Position numbers and translations under genes: made by a program
In this document: positions 43,787 through 53,720 of the stretch, one piece after another
How the letters are laid out: every line of letters starts with the position of its first letter
Numbering within the stretch: position 1 is the stretch's first letter
Source: a bacterium
GTDB lineage: Bacteria > Zhuqueibacterota > Zhuqueibacteria > Residuimicrobiales > Krinioviventaceae
Assembly (NCBI GenBank): GCA_963674595.2
Contig: CAXXFV010000008.1
Span: 375,885 to 439,884 of the forward strand
Length of the DNA stretch: 64,000 nt
Reading direction: 5' to 3'
Notes under the pieces: model-generated
Database searches by the model: none
The model's input: only the letters and a program-made list of their open reading frames with translations
What the model was told of the DNA's origin: nothing

Positions 43787-44722
43787 ATGTTTACTAAAAA
43801 ATGGTTTATTTTCGCATTTGTATTTCTTGCGGGTTGCTCTACAAGTCAGGAAACTAACTTGGAAGCACTGCTTGCCGGGAATGATAAAGTTAGTAAAGTA
43901 TCTGTTGGGCAGTCATTTAAATTTTTAGAAGGTCCGGCATGGCAAAAAAACGGTATTTTGTTTTTTTCTGATGTCAGAGATAATAAGATTTGGATGTATG
44001 ATGAGAATTCAGATCGTTTTACAATATTTCGGGACAGTTCAAATGCCGCCAATGGGCTGATGTTTGATAAACAAAAGCGTTTAATTATCTGCGAAAGCGG
44101 CGCCGGGCGGATTACATCCATTGACTCTTTAGGAAAATATGAAATTATTGCGGAAAAGTATAACGGCGTTGCATTTAACAGTCCTAATGATTTGGTAATA
44201 GACCGTAAAGGCGGAATATATTTTACCGATCCCAGGTTTGGAAGTATGGAAAATTTGCCGCAGGATAAAATGGCTGTTTATTATTGTGATCCTGAAGGTG
44301 GAATTCATCGGCTTGTTGAAGATATGGTCCGTCCTAATGGGATTATTCTTTCACCTGACGGATCAACGTTATATATTCTTGATTCTAGTAGTCCTTATGT
44401 CCGTTCCTGGAAAGTGCAGCAGGACGGCTTGATCTCGGAAGAAAAAAAGTTTGCTGAACTAAAACTTGGCGAAAATAAAGATCATGTTTCCGGTGCAGAC
44501 GGGCTGGCTATGGATGTTAAGGGTAATTTGTTTATCACCACACGGGTTGGAATCCAGGTTTTTAATAATATGGGTAAATTTCTCGGAATAATTACAGTTC
44601 CTGAAATTCCATCCAATTGTACTTTTGGTGGTCCTGATCTTGAAACATTGTATATCACTGCTCGTACAAGTTTATATAAAATCAAACTGGTAAATCCAGG
44701 GATATTATTTCCTTTGAAATGA
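43787..44722 (+). CDS. SMP-30/gluconolactonase family lipoprotein
   Basis: Lipobox LAGC, FLEGPAW, FNSPNDL, YFTDP, PNGIILSPDG, ADGLAMD, SNCTFGG. Confidence 0.9.
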   Translation: MFTKKWFIFAFVFLAGCSTSQETNLEALLAGNDKVSKVSVGQSFKFLEGPAWQKNGILFFSDVRDNKIWMYDENSDRFTIFRDSSNAANGLMFDKQKRLIICESGAGRITSIDSLGKYEIIAEKYNGVAFNSPNDLVIDRKGGIYFTDPRFGSMENLPQDKMAVYYCDPEGGIHRLVEDMVRPNGIILSPDGSTLYILDSSSPYVRSWKVQQDGLISEEKKFAELKLGENKDHVSGADGLAMDVKGNLFITTRVGIQVFNNMGKFLGIITVPEIPSNCTFGGPDLETLYITARTSLYKIKLVNPGILFPLK

Positions 44723-44740
44723 TTGTTTAAGGATTTATAA

Positions 44741-45712
44741 ATGTTTAGGCGGGTTTTTATTATTTTAAATTTTGTTGCTGTTTTATATTGTGCTTGCTCT
44801 CAGCTTCATTATATTTCATTCACTTGTATCTCTGATATTAATGATTTCCCCGGGGAAATTTTAAACAAAAATTATCTTTTTACTGATGAATCCGGTAGAA
44901 AGTGGTTTGTTTTTGCCTCCGATTATTTGGGTTTTTCAGAGTTTTGGCTTTCTTATACATATGATGAAAAAAACTGGTTTCCGCCAATTTATACCGGCGT
45001 ACCTGCCTATATCGGCTATTGTGATCTTGGTTTTTGTGAACCATTCAGTATCTCTTTTAATATTAATGCTTATTCTCATCCTTCAAATTTGAAATATATT
45101 CGTGTGGCTCCTCACATGGATGCGGATAGCCTTTGCTTTCCAATTGATTATCTTTGCCGCGATACGGATATGGACGGTTTGACGGATCTTGCTGAAAAAG
45201 TTCTTTGCACAAATCCAGCATGCAACGACACGGATAATGATGGTATGGCTGACGGGTATGATCAAAATCCATTGGCAGCCCCGGTGGAAAAACTTTTAGT
45301 ACATGAAAAATTACATAAATATGTTGTTCAGCAGGCATTAGACCATTTTCAATCCAGTCAGCTTGTTCTTGTTCAGCAACTTGATGATCGCCCCATGGAT
45401 TACCAAAGAAAAAGCGGTTATGTACTCAGTTTGCCCAGTTCAGAGATTGATCTTTATATAGAACGGCAAGGATACGGTGTTCCAATTATTTCTGCTGCAG
45501 TTACAGATACTTTAAAAAAATATAAAATTAATTTCGAGTTTTATATTTCACCTGATGAAGCATGTGGCTATGAAGCGTTATTTGATTATAATAAAAATAA
45601 AAAGGGGTGGGTGATAGAAAAAATCTATCAAAAATGGTCTGCTGTAGCGGAAGAAAAGTTTTTCAAAGGTGAGCGGCCTTTCCCGACTATTGAGGATTTT
45701 TATTTAGAGTAA
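44741..45712 (+). CDS. Hypothetical lipoprotein with bacterial TSP3-like calcium-binding repeats
   Basis: N-terminal hydrophobic segment with YCAC, and DTDMDGLTDLAE...TNP...DTDNDGMADGYD. Confidence 0.55.
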   Translation: MFRRVFIILNFVAVLYCACSQLHYISFTCISDINDFPGEILNKNYLFTDESGRKWFVFASDYLGFSEFWLSYTYDEKNWFPPIYTGVPAYIGYCDLGFCEPFSISFNINAYSHPSNLKYIRVAPHMDADSLCFPIDYLCRDTDMDGLTDLAEKVLCTNPACNDTDNDGMADGYDQNPLAAPVEKLLVHEKLHKYVVQQALDHFQSSQLVLVQQLDDRPMDYQRKSGYVLSLPSSEIDLYIERQGYGVPIISAAVTDTLKKYKINFEFYISPDEACGYEALFDYNKNKKGWVIEKIYQKWSAVAEEKFFKGERPFPTIEDFYLE

Positions 45713-46808
45713 AAATATTTTCAAAATATTTGTCATACCGGTTGGATAGATTGTTCCAGTCATATTTTAAAACGCTGTTTTTTAAATCAGGAGAGGGAGA
45801 AAAATTAGTAGCCAAAATTTTTTCCAATTTTGTATATAATTCCTCGGTGTTTTGGTAGAAATAGTGGGGAAACTTTTTATAAGGGATGATTTCCGGGTAA
45901 CTTAATCTTTTTGGGAGAACAGGATAACAACCACAGAAGACGGCCTCGACAATGCCGGCCCCAAAAAAATCATGAAAAGAAGTCACCGGTAGAATATCAG
46001 CTTTCCAAAGCCATTGTGCATACTCTTTAAAGCTTTTTGCATAACCGATATGAAGAATATGTTCTTTTAATTGTTTTTCTGCATGCTTGAAAATTTCAGG
46101 ATTTTGTTTGAAATTTTCTCCGAGAATAACAACTTTGAAGGCATATTTTTTTTCTGCAAAGTGAAAAAGAATGTTAAAAAAATCCTGTGGATTTTTATCA
46201 TATTCCCACCTGTGGTTCCATAGGATAATCGGTTCCCTGTTTTTTATATCATCCGGTTTGTGGTTGTCAAAACGGTGTAAATCGAGTCCCAGATGTAATA
46301 CCTCGCTATTATCTGCAATGGTTTGTACGGACTCCAATTCCTTATAATCGGGATAGTGGTTTAATAGTTTTGGCAGTTCTTTTAAAAAACTTGATAAATG
46401 AAAGTGAGAATTAAAACAACACGCTGTTGCTGATAATGCAGATGTAAAATTTATAAATCCGTAATGTTTGTCCCGCTTTTGCTGTCTATCACGATCTTTT
46501 TTTGCCCACGGATAGCACAATTGATTTTCATGGAAATACATAACAACGGGTATATGACCGGTTTTATGACGTGTTAACGCTAAAAATGTTGTTAAATCCA
46601 GCATATCTGTTGCTAAAATCAGGTCCGGATTTAAATCTTTTTGTAAATACTTGCGCGCCAGGGTCACGGCGCCCCCGTGCATACGCCATTTCCAAAATTG
46701 TCCCTCTAAAGATAAAATATCAACCTGGTGTTGACTGTGTTGCTGGTAGCCCTTTACCCAATCGGCATGTGAACCGGTAAAATAGGGCTCGACAAGTAAA
46801 ATATTCAT
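45687..46808 (-). CDS. DUF3524/GTDC1 (QTMAN-like) GT-B glycosyltransferase
   Basis: LVEPYFTGSH, WKWRMHGGA, YFHENQLCYP, FNSHFH, LWNHRWEYDKNP, HDFFG..IVEAV..GCYP..PKRLSYPE. Confidence 0.85.
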   Translation of the reverse strand: MNILLVEPYFTGSHADWVKGYQQHSQHQVDILSLEGQFWKWRMHGGAVTLARKYLQKDLNPDLILATDMLDLTTFLALTRHKTGHIPVVMYFHENQLCYPWAKKDRDRQQKRDKHYGFINFTSALSATACCFNSHFHLSSFLKELPKLLNHYPDYKELESVQTIADNSEVLHLGLDLHRFDNHKPDDIKNREPIILWNHRWEYDKNPQDFFNILFHFAEKKYAFKVVILGENFKQNPEIFKHAEKQLKEHILHIGYAKSFKEYAQWLWKADILPVTSFHDFFGAGIVEAVFCGCYPVLPKRLSYPEIIPYKKFPHYFYQNTEELYTKLEKILATNFSPSPDLKNSVLKYDWNNLSNRYDKYFENIFTLNKNPQ

Positions 46809-46837
46809 AGAAATATTTAGTTTGTTCTAGTAAAAAT

Positions 46838-48616
46838 TTATGTTCTGTTCAAATCATCTGCAAATTGAAGCTGGTAAAGACGATAATAGATACCCCGTTT
46901 TTTTAACAGATCATTATGCGTCCCCATCTCTCTTAATTCCCCTTTGTGAATTACCAGGATACGGTCAACGTTTTGAATTGTCGATAACCGGTGTGCAATA
47001 ATTAACGACGTCCGTTGCGCCATCAGCTTGGAAATGGCATCCCGGATCAAAAGTTCTGTCTCAGTATCCACGCTTGAGGTTGCTTCATCAAGAATTAGAA
47101 TATCCGGATTAAAGGCCAAGGCCCTTGCAAAAGATACAAGCTGCTTTTGGCCGACAGATATATTTCCACCTCTTTCCATTAACATGAAATCGTATTTGTT
47201 TGCAAGTTTTTCGATAAATGAATGGGCGTTGACATTTTTGGCGGCATTTATCATCTGATCGTCGGTTATTTTGTTGTTACCGAGTTTTATATTATCGCGA
47301 ATTGTGCCGGAAAAGATAAAAACATCCTGCAAAACCATACTGATTCGTTTTCTCAGGTCTTTTAATTTTAGAGTGGAAATATCCACATTGTCTAAAAGTA
47401 TCTGTCCTGATTGTGGTTCATACATACGTGTAATAAGGTTGATGAGCGTTGTCTTTCCCGAACCTGTTGCACCAACAACAGCGATTTTTTCGCCCGGTTT
47501 AATGGAGAATGAAATGTTTTTTAAAACCGGTTCATCCGGGTTATAACTGAATGTAACGTTTTTGAATTCGATGCTTCCTTTGGAAACCGGGATTGTGTTT
47601 AATTCAACGGGGTCGTCATTTTGTTCCGGTGCATCCAATAATTTGAAAATTCGTTCGCTGGACGCCATGGCTGCCTGCATTATGTTGTACTTGTCGGATA
47701 AATCCCGGATCGGGTGAAAAAATCTTTCAGCGTATTGAATAAATGCTACGACAACACCCAGTGTAACAGATGAAGCAAAAACCTGTTTTCCGCCTTTCCA
47801 GATAATTAATGCTAATGCAATGGAACTTATTAGTTCGATTGCCGGGAAAAAGACAGCATAATAACCGATAGTTTGCAGGTGTGCGTCAAGATGTTTTTTA
47901 TTTAAAATATCAAAGTGTTCCAGGTTTTTCTTTTCACGGTTAAAAATTTGTACCGTAGACATGCCCGATATGTTTTCCTGTAGAAATGTATTTATTCGGG
48001 CAATCCTTACCCGTACTTTGCGATATGCTTCCCGGACTTTGATGCGAAATATAGATGAAGCATAGATGATTAACGGCAATACGGAAAACGTTACCAGGGC
48101 GAGCTGCCAGTTGATTTTCAGCATCACGATGATGATGCCCAGCAGAACAAAAATGTCGCCGAATATTGCAACAATCCCGCTGGATAACATTTCATTTAGT
48201 GTTTCAACATCGTTTGTTGTTCTTGTTACCATTCGTCCAACAGGGTTTTTGTCGAAAAAGGAGAGAGGCAGTTTTTGAATGTGAGAAAATATTTTCATGC
48301 GAATATCCAGCATGACATTCTGCCCTATCCATTGGGTCAGGTAGCTTTGGTAATAAACGACTATAGCCTGTAAAAATAAAATGCCCAAATATATAATTGA
48401 AACAATTGCCAGTCCGTTCATGTCTTTGTTGGCAATTTTATCATCGATTGCTATTTTAATAAGATAGGGACCGATTAATTCCCCGGCCGCAAACATGAGC
48501 AATAAAATAACGGAAAAGGTAACAAACATTTTGTACGGTTTTAAAAAGTTCAATAACCGCTTCATTAGTTTGTTGTCATAAGCTTTTCCTAATATTTCTT
48601 CTTCGTGGTAATTCAA
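46838..48616 (-). CDS. ABC exporter subunit, TMD+NBD (MdlB-like)
   Basis: GATGSGKT, ISVGQKQ, LILDEATSSVD, IAHRLST. TTG start. Confidence 0.9.
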   Translation of the reverse strand: MNYHEEEILGKAYDNKLMKRLLNFLKPYKMFVTFSVILLLMFAAGELIGPYLIKIAIDDKIANKDMNGLAIVSIIYLGILFLQAIVVYYQSYLTQWIGQNVMLDIRMKIFSHIQKLPLSFFDKNPVGRMVTRTTNDVETLNEMLSSGIVAIFGDIFVLLGIIIVMLKINWQLALVTFSVLPLIIYASSIFRIKVREAYRKVRVRIARINTFLQENISGMSTVQIFNREKKNLEHFDILNKKHLDAHLQTIGYYAVFFPAIELISSIALALIIWKGGKQVFASSVTLGVVVAFIQYAERFFHPIRDLSDKYNIMQAAMASSERIFKLLDAPEQNDDPVELNTIPVSKGSIEFKNVTFSYNPDEPVLKNISFSIKPGEKIAVVGATGSGKTTLINLITRMYEPQSGQILLDNVDISTLKLKDLRKRISMVLQDVFIFSGTIRDNIKLGNNKITDDQMINAAKNVNAHSFIEKLANKYDFMLMERGGNISVGQKQLVSFARALAFNPDILILDEATSSVDTETELLIRDAISKLMAQRTSLIIAHRLSTIQNVDRILVIHKGELREMGTHNDLLKKRGIYYRLYQLQFADDLNRT

Positions 48617-48625
48617 AATTTTCCT

Positions 48626-50443
48626 TTATAATTCAGCCAATGACTGTTCCAACTGTTGTCGCTGGTAGAGTTTATAATAATGGCCTTTTAGTTTTAATAG
48701 CTGCTCATGTGTTCCCTGTTCAATAATCTGACCGTCTGCCAGAAAAATAATTTGGTCGGCATCGCGGACTGTGGAAATTCTGTGAGCAACAATAATACTC
48801 GTACAATTTTGCATCACTTTTTTCAAACGGATTAATATCTCTTTTTCCGTATAGGTGTCTACGGCTGAAAGCGCATCATCAAGGATTAAAATTTTCGGTT
48901 GGCGAATCACGGCTCGTGAAATAGCTGTTCGTTGTTTTTGTCCGCCGGACAATGTTATACCTCTTTCTCCGACCATTGTTTCAAATCCTTCCGGAAATTG
49001 GTCAAAATCAAGTTTTATTTGAGATATTTCGGCAGCTTGTTCAATTTCTTTGGATGCTTCATAATCCACTCCGAATGCAATGTTTTCCGCTATTGTTTCT
49101 GAAAATAAAAAACTCTCCTGGGGAACATAGCCAATATTTTGTCTCAGCACGCTAAGCGGTAATTTTTGAATATCATGTCCGTCAATTAAAAGGTGGCCGC
49201 CTTGCGCTTCAGTAAGCCGGGGAAGAAGGTTGACAAGTGTAGATTTACCGGAGCCGGTCGGGCCGATAATTGCCAAGGTCGAACCTTTGGGTACTGTCAA
49301 GTTTATGTTGTTTAACACAGGGGGCTGGTCTTTATCATAAAAGAAAACCAGGTCTTTAAACTCTATATGACCTTCTATTCCTGTAATGGAATGGTCCGTT
49401 TGTGAATCGTCTTTAATGTCCGGTTTTTCCTGCCAGATACTTATCATACGTTTTAAAGACGCCAAACCCTGCTGCCACAGGTTTAATACCCATCCGATGG
49501 CAATCATCGGCCAGGCCAGCATGCTTAAATAGGCAAAAAACGCAACCAGACCACCAAGTGTCAGGTTCCCTTTAATGGCAAATCGCCCGCCGACCCATAA
49601 AATCAAAATAATTCCCAAACCCAGGAAAAAGTGGATTTGTGCCCGTAATAATGACCGTACTTTGGCAAGTTCCAGATTTCGGGTGATATATTCGTGGTTT
49701 TGATTTTTAAAGTTTTCTATTTCAGGTTCTTCCTGGACATAAGATTTTATAACCCGGATGCCTGTTATATTTTCTTCGACGTTAGAGGTTATTGTAGAGA
49801 ACTGGGCCTGAATTCTTTCAAACATCACATGAATTTTTGCCAGCAACCCGTGCACGGAAAAAACAACAAGAGGCAGGGGAATAATGGCCCAAAGCGTTAA
49901 TTTGAAATTTATTTGTATCATAAATGTCAGGGTGGCGAAAAAAACAAAAAAAGTGCTGACAAGATGCATAATACCGGGGCCAAGCATGGAACGTACGGCA
50001 TTTAAATCGTTTGTAGCACGGGCCATCAAATCGCCTGTTTTTTGTCGAAAATAAAAAGTCTGGGATAGTTTTTGTAAATGCGCAATATAGTCGTTTCGCA
50101 TGTCATATTCGATTTTTCGTGACACGCCGATCATTGTTTTACGCATGAGATAACGAAAAATACCCTGAATAAAAACGATGAAAACCATTAATATAACAAG
50201 TATTGAAAGCGTGTGCGCTGGTTTTAATTCCGGGAAAAGAGAAATAAATTTAGATAAAATCGGAGCAAGCTGAACATTGTTCTTGTTATGGGAAAATGAA
50301 ATATAGTCGATGGTATATCTTAAAAGCCAGGGCGCCAGGATCTGAAATATCGTCATAAACATGATATAAATTACCCCGGCAATCATTGGGAGCTTGTAAC
50401 GGACCAGATATTTTTTTATTAAAGAAAAAGGATTCATTATCAT
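48626..50443 (-). CDS. ABC exporter subunit, TMD+NBD (MdlA-like)
   Basis: TGDLMARATNDL, GPTGSGKS, LSGGQKQR, ILDDALSAVD (degenerate Walker B typical of heterodimeric exporters). Confidence 0.9.
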   Translation of the reverse strand: MIMNPFSLIKKYLVRYKLPMIAGVIYIMFMTIFQILAPWLLRYTIDYISFSHNKNNVQLAPILSKFISLFPELKPAHTLSILVILMVFIVFIQGIFRYLMRKTMIGVSRKIEYDMRNDYIAHLQKLSQTFYFRQKTGDLMARATNDLNAVRSMLGPGIMHLVSTFFVFFATLTFMIQINFKLTLWAIIPLPLVVFSVHGLLAKIHVMFERIQAQFSTITSNVEENITGIRVIKSYVQEEPEIENFKNQNHEYITRNLELAKVRSLLRAQIHFFLGLGIILILWVGGRFAIKGNLTLGGLVAFFAYLSMLAWPMIAIGWVLNLWQQGLASLKRMISIWQEKPDIKDDSQTDHSITGIEGHIEFKDLVFFYDKDQPPVLNNINLTVPKGSTLAIIGPTGSGKSTLVNLLPRLTEAQGGHLLIDGHDIQKLPLSVLRQNIGYVPQESFLFSETIAENIAFGVDYEASKEIEQAAEISQIKLDFDQFPEGFETMVGERGITLSGGQKQRTAISRAVIRQPKILILDDALSAVDTYTEKEILIRLKKVMQNCTSIIVAHRISTVRDADQIIFLADGQIIEQGTHEQLLKLKGHYYKLYQRQQLEQSLAEL

Positions 50444-50540
50444 TTCTAATTATTGGTTAACATAGTTTTTTTTAAAACCGGGATCAATATATTGAAAATT
50501 CCCATTATTCTCAAGTATGAAAAATTTTATCGTATGGGGT

Positions 50541-50573
50541 AAAAAAAAGGCGATACAAAATTGCATCGCCTTT
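50541..50573 (-). terminator. Rho-independent terminator
   Basis: aaaggcgat-acaaaattgc-atcgccttt preceded by an A run on the + strand. Confidence 0.8.
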
Positions 50574-50591
50574 CGGTAGGGTTGAAAATGG

Positions 50592-53483
50592 TTATTTTAA
50601 CAAAAGCATGCGGTGTGTTTTGCTAAAATTACCCGCATCCATGCGGTAAAAATAGAGTCCTGAAGAGACAGCTCTACCTGCTTCATCCCTGGAGTTCCAA
50701 ATAATCGTATGATGACCAGCATTTAACTGTTGGTTGACCAACGTTTTAACCAATTCACCATTAATATTATAAATAGATATCGTTACATATTCTGTTTTTG
50801 GTACATTAAAATTGATTGTTGTTGACGGGTTAAAAGGATTCGGATAATTCTGATTCAGTCCGAATTCTGTTGGAATTGTTTCCGTTGATTTTTCCACACC
50901 AGCGGCATAATCTATTGTAAAAACAGCATCACTGTTATCGGAAGCTGATGTTTCATTATCTGATACCCGTATCAGACATTTGGTACCTGGTTCTGCGGTT
51001 ACTTTCCATTCAAATGTTCCGTCATTTTCTGTGGATTCGGACAACACTTCCCATGAAGCACCCCAGTCGCGGGAAAGCTCTATCTTAACTGTTTCACCAG
51101 TAAAGGCGGAAGTCCATACAATGTTCTTCGTTTCGTGGATCATCCAGGTTTCTCCGCCGTTCGGCGCAGATACTGTTATGACAGGAGCATTGGATATTGT
51201 AAAAACAGCATCGCTGACATCTTTTACTTTTCCATCAGCTGTGGAAACACGGACCAAACAATCTGCAGAGGAAGGTCCGGTTACATTCCAATTCAGAGAC
51301 CCAGTATTTTCAGTGTTTGTCAAAATAGTTTCCCACGTTGTGATATTGTCTCTGGTGATAGAAATTTTTACATCACCCGTTATACCCACAGAAGTCCATT
51401 GAATGGTTTGTTGTGATCCGATTTGCCAATCTTCTCCGCCATTCGGTGCAACAACCGTGATTGACGACTGAGGAGTAATTGTAAAAACAGCGTCGCTTTG
51501 ATCGAATATGGTTGCATCCGCTACGTCGCTTACTTTAACCAGACATTCGGTTGAGGTGATCTCTGGTGTGTTCCATTCGTAATCACCGTCATTAGGAGTG
51601 CTTTCGGCAATTGTCTGCCAGGTAGCACCATTATCAGTTGATAATTCAATTTTTACATTTGCCACATCACCCTGGCTGGTCCAGGTAATATTTTGTGATG
51701 TGTTTTGAAACCATACTTGACCACCGTTTGGAGATGTAACTGTAACGGAAGGTGTGATAATGCTAAAAACCGCGTTACTCTGATCGGTTAAAAGTGTATT
51801 GTTTTGTGTGATTTTAACCAAACATTGGTCGGATGTGGGGCCTGTTACCGTCCAGTTTATTGATCCGTTATCAGGAGTTACCGTAACATCTTCCCAGGTT
51901 GTTCCGCCGTCGCGTGAAAGTTCAACGGAAACATCACCTTGTGGATCACCGGAAACCCATTCTATAGCATAACTTTTTCCAACCTGCCATACTTCACCAC
52001 CGTTTGGTGTTGTGAGGCTGAATTCGGTTTTGGGAGTCAGGAAAAGGTAAACTTTACCGGCATTTTCTCCATTATCGTCATTGTTGACTGCTGAAATAAG
52101 AATATCATTAAAACCGTCCATATTGACGTCACCATTACCGCCAACGGCCCAGCCGCCGAAATCTTCAGCATTTTCACCTATAAAGGCAGCGTTTGCATTG
52201 CTCAACGCCAACTCTGCGGGCCATGTTTGTCTTCCATAGATTATATAGGCTTTTCCGGCACTATTACCGGCTTCATCGTTGCCATAAGCTCCAATGATAA
52301 CATCGTCATATCCATCCTGATTAACATCACCCAATGAGCACATATTATTACCGGCATAGTCTTTATGGTGTTCGCCGATAAATGTAGTGGCCGCTTCATT
52401 TTCCAATGGTGTGTCAAGCGCCCAACCATCTGTTTTTCCTTGTATTAAATAGATACGGGATTTTCCGGCACCACCAATAAGGAAATCGTCCAAATCATCA
52501 TTGTTGACATCACCGGCACGGGCGACATTCCAACCGGTTTCAATTTTAGCAATGTCCGGGCCTAAAAAGGAAGCATCAGCGTTTGCAAAACTTACATCCT
52601 GTGCCCATCCGTCTGCTTTACCTAATACGAGATAGGTTATACCGCGGTCTTCTGTTTCTCCAATATCTCTTCTATTGCCGCCGGCAATAAAGTCGTTATA
52701 TCCGTCACCATTTACATCACCAACACCGGCAACACGGTGACCTGTCCAGTCATCTGCAAGTTCGCCCAGATAGGAAGCATCTGCATTTGCCATGCTCACA
52801 TCCGTACCCCATAATCCAGTTTCTTTACCAAAAATGATGTAAACTTTGCCGGCATTGTTGTCAATCTGGTCGTTAAATCCGGAACCTATAATTATATCAT
52901 CGTAATTATCGCCATTAACGTCTCCCAGCCAGTTAACATGGGCAGCTTCTGATGTATCACCTTCGCCGAGAAAAGACGCATCGGCTGCAGCCAGATTAGT
53001 GTTTAATGCATAGGGTGTTTCTTTGCCGAAAAAGATATAAACCTTACCGGCCCTTAATCCGCTTTGATTTATAAACTTGACACCAATGGCAAAATCATTA
53101 TATCCATCATTGTTAACATCACCAATGCCACATACATCGTGACTGGCCTGGTTATTTGCCTCTTCACCGACAAAAGACGCGTCGGCATTTGCTAAATTTA
53201 TTGCCCCGGTCCATCCATCAGCTTTTCCATAAAAAAGATAAGTTATACCATTTTTTTGAATTTCTTCCGAACTGCTAAAACTAGGTGCAGTGATTAGAAT
53301 TTCGTCAAAAGTATCATTATTAATATCTTTAATAATTGCTACCTGATAACCGGCATTATCGCCTGCGTTTTCTCCGAGGAATGTAACGTCTGAAGTTCCA
53401 AGACTTACGGTGCCTGTGTATTGTCCAAAAACGGCTACTGAAGAAAGAAGCACAATTAGAACCTGCCAAGCTGCTTTTTTCAT
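50592..53483 (-). CDS. Secreted integrin-alpha/FG-GAP beta-propeller protein with four Ig-like repeats and T9SS-type-A CTD
   Basis: Signal peptide, about 7 repeats of ASF.GE...AG..V...GDVN.DG.DD..IGA...AGKVY..FG, four PNGG[EQ].W...ELS.D.G.TW repeats and LNQNYPNPFNP. Confidence 0.85.
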   Translation of the reverse strand: MKKAAWQVLIVLLSSVAVFGQYTGTVSLGTSDVTFLGENAGDNAGYQVAIIKDINNDTFDEILITAPSFSSSEEIQKNGITYLFYGKADGWTGAINLANADASFVGEEANNQASHDVCGIGDVNNDGYNDFAIGVKFINQSGLRAGKVYIFFGKETPYALNTNLAAADASFLGEGDTSEAAHVNWLGDVNGDNYDDIIIGSGFNDQIDNNAGKVYIIFGKETGLWGTDVSMANADASYLGELADDWTGHRVAGVGDVNGDGYNDFIAGGNRRDIGETEDRGITYLVLGKADGWAQDVSFANADASFLGPDIAKIETGWNVARAGDVNNDDLDDFLIGGAGKSRIYLIQGKTDGWALDTPLENEAATTFIGEHHKDYAGNNMCSLGDVNQDGYDDVIIGAYGNDEAGNSAGKAYIIYGRQTWPAELALSNANAAFIGENAEDFGGWAVGGNGDVNMDGFNDILISAVNNDDNGENAGKVYLFLTPKTEFSLTTPNGGEVWQVGKSYAIEWVSGDPQGDVSVELSRDGGTTWEDVTVTPDNGSINWTVTGPTSDQCLVKITQNNTLLTDQSNAVFSIITPSVTVTSPNGGQVWFQNTSQNITWTSQGDVANVKIELSTDNGATWQTIAESTPNDGDYEWNTPEITSTECLVKVSDVADATIFDQSDAVFTITPQSSITVVAPNGGEDWQIGSQQTIQWTSVGITGDVKISITRDNITTWETILTNTENTGSLNWNVTGPSSADCLVRVSTADGKVKDVSDAVFTISNAPVITVSAPNGGETWMIHETKNIVWTSAFTGETVKIELSRDWGASWEVLSESTENDGTFEWKVTAEPGTKCLIRVSDNETSASDNSDAVFTIDYAAGVEKSTETIPTEFGLNQNYPNPFNPSTTINFNVPKTEYVTISIYNINGELVKTLVNQQLNAGHHTIIWNSRDEAGRAVSSGLYFYRMDAGNFSKTHRMLLLK

Positions 53484-53689
53484 AGAATCAAACTCCTTTG
53501 GTTAGGTTTTTGTGAAATGTAAATAGTTTTGTATGGAACAGTCTAGTTTTATTACCCTGTTTACATATCATTTACATAAAAACATTGATTTTGCGGACAA
53601 ATTATTTTGAAATCCTGATCAAAAATTTAATCAAATTTTAATATTGAATGCCGTGATTTATAAAGAAAATTAAATTAATGTATTTTTTC

Positions 53690-53718
53690 TTGACTTTTAT
53701 GATGGTATCTATTATCTT
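53690..53718 (+). promoter_or_regulatory. Sigma70 promoter of the dcw operon
   Basis: TTGACT-17 nt-TATCTT directly upstream of the repeat boxes. Confidence 0.65.
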
Positions 53719-53720
53719 TA

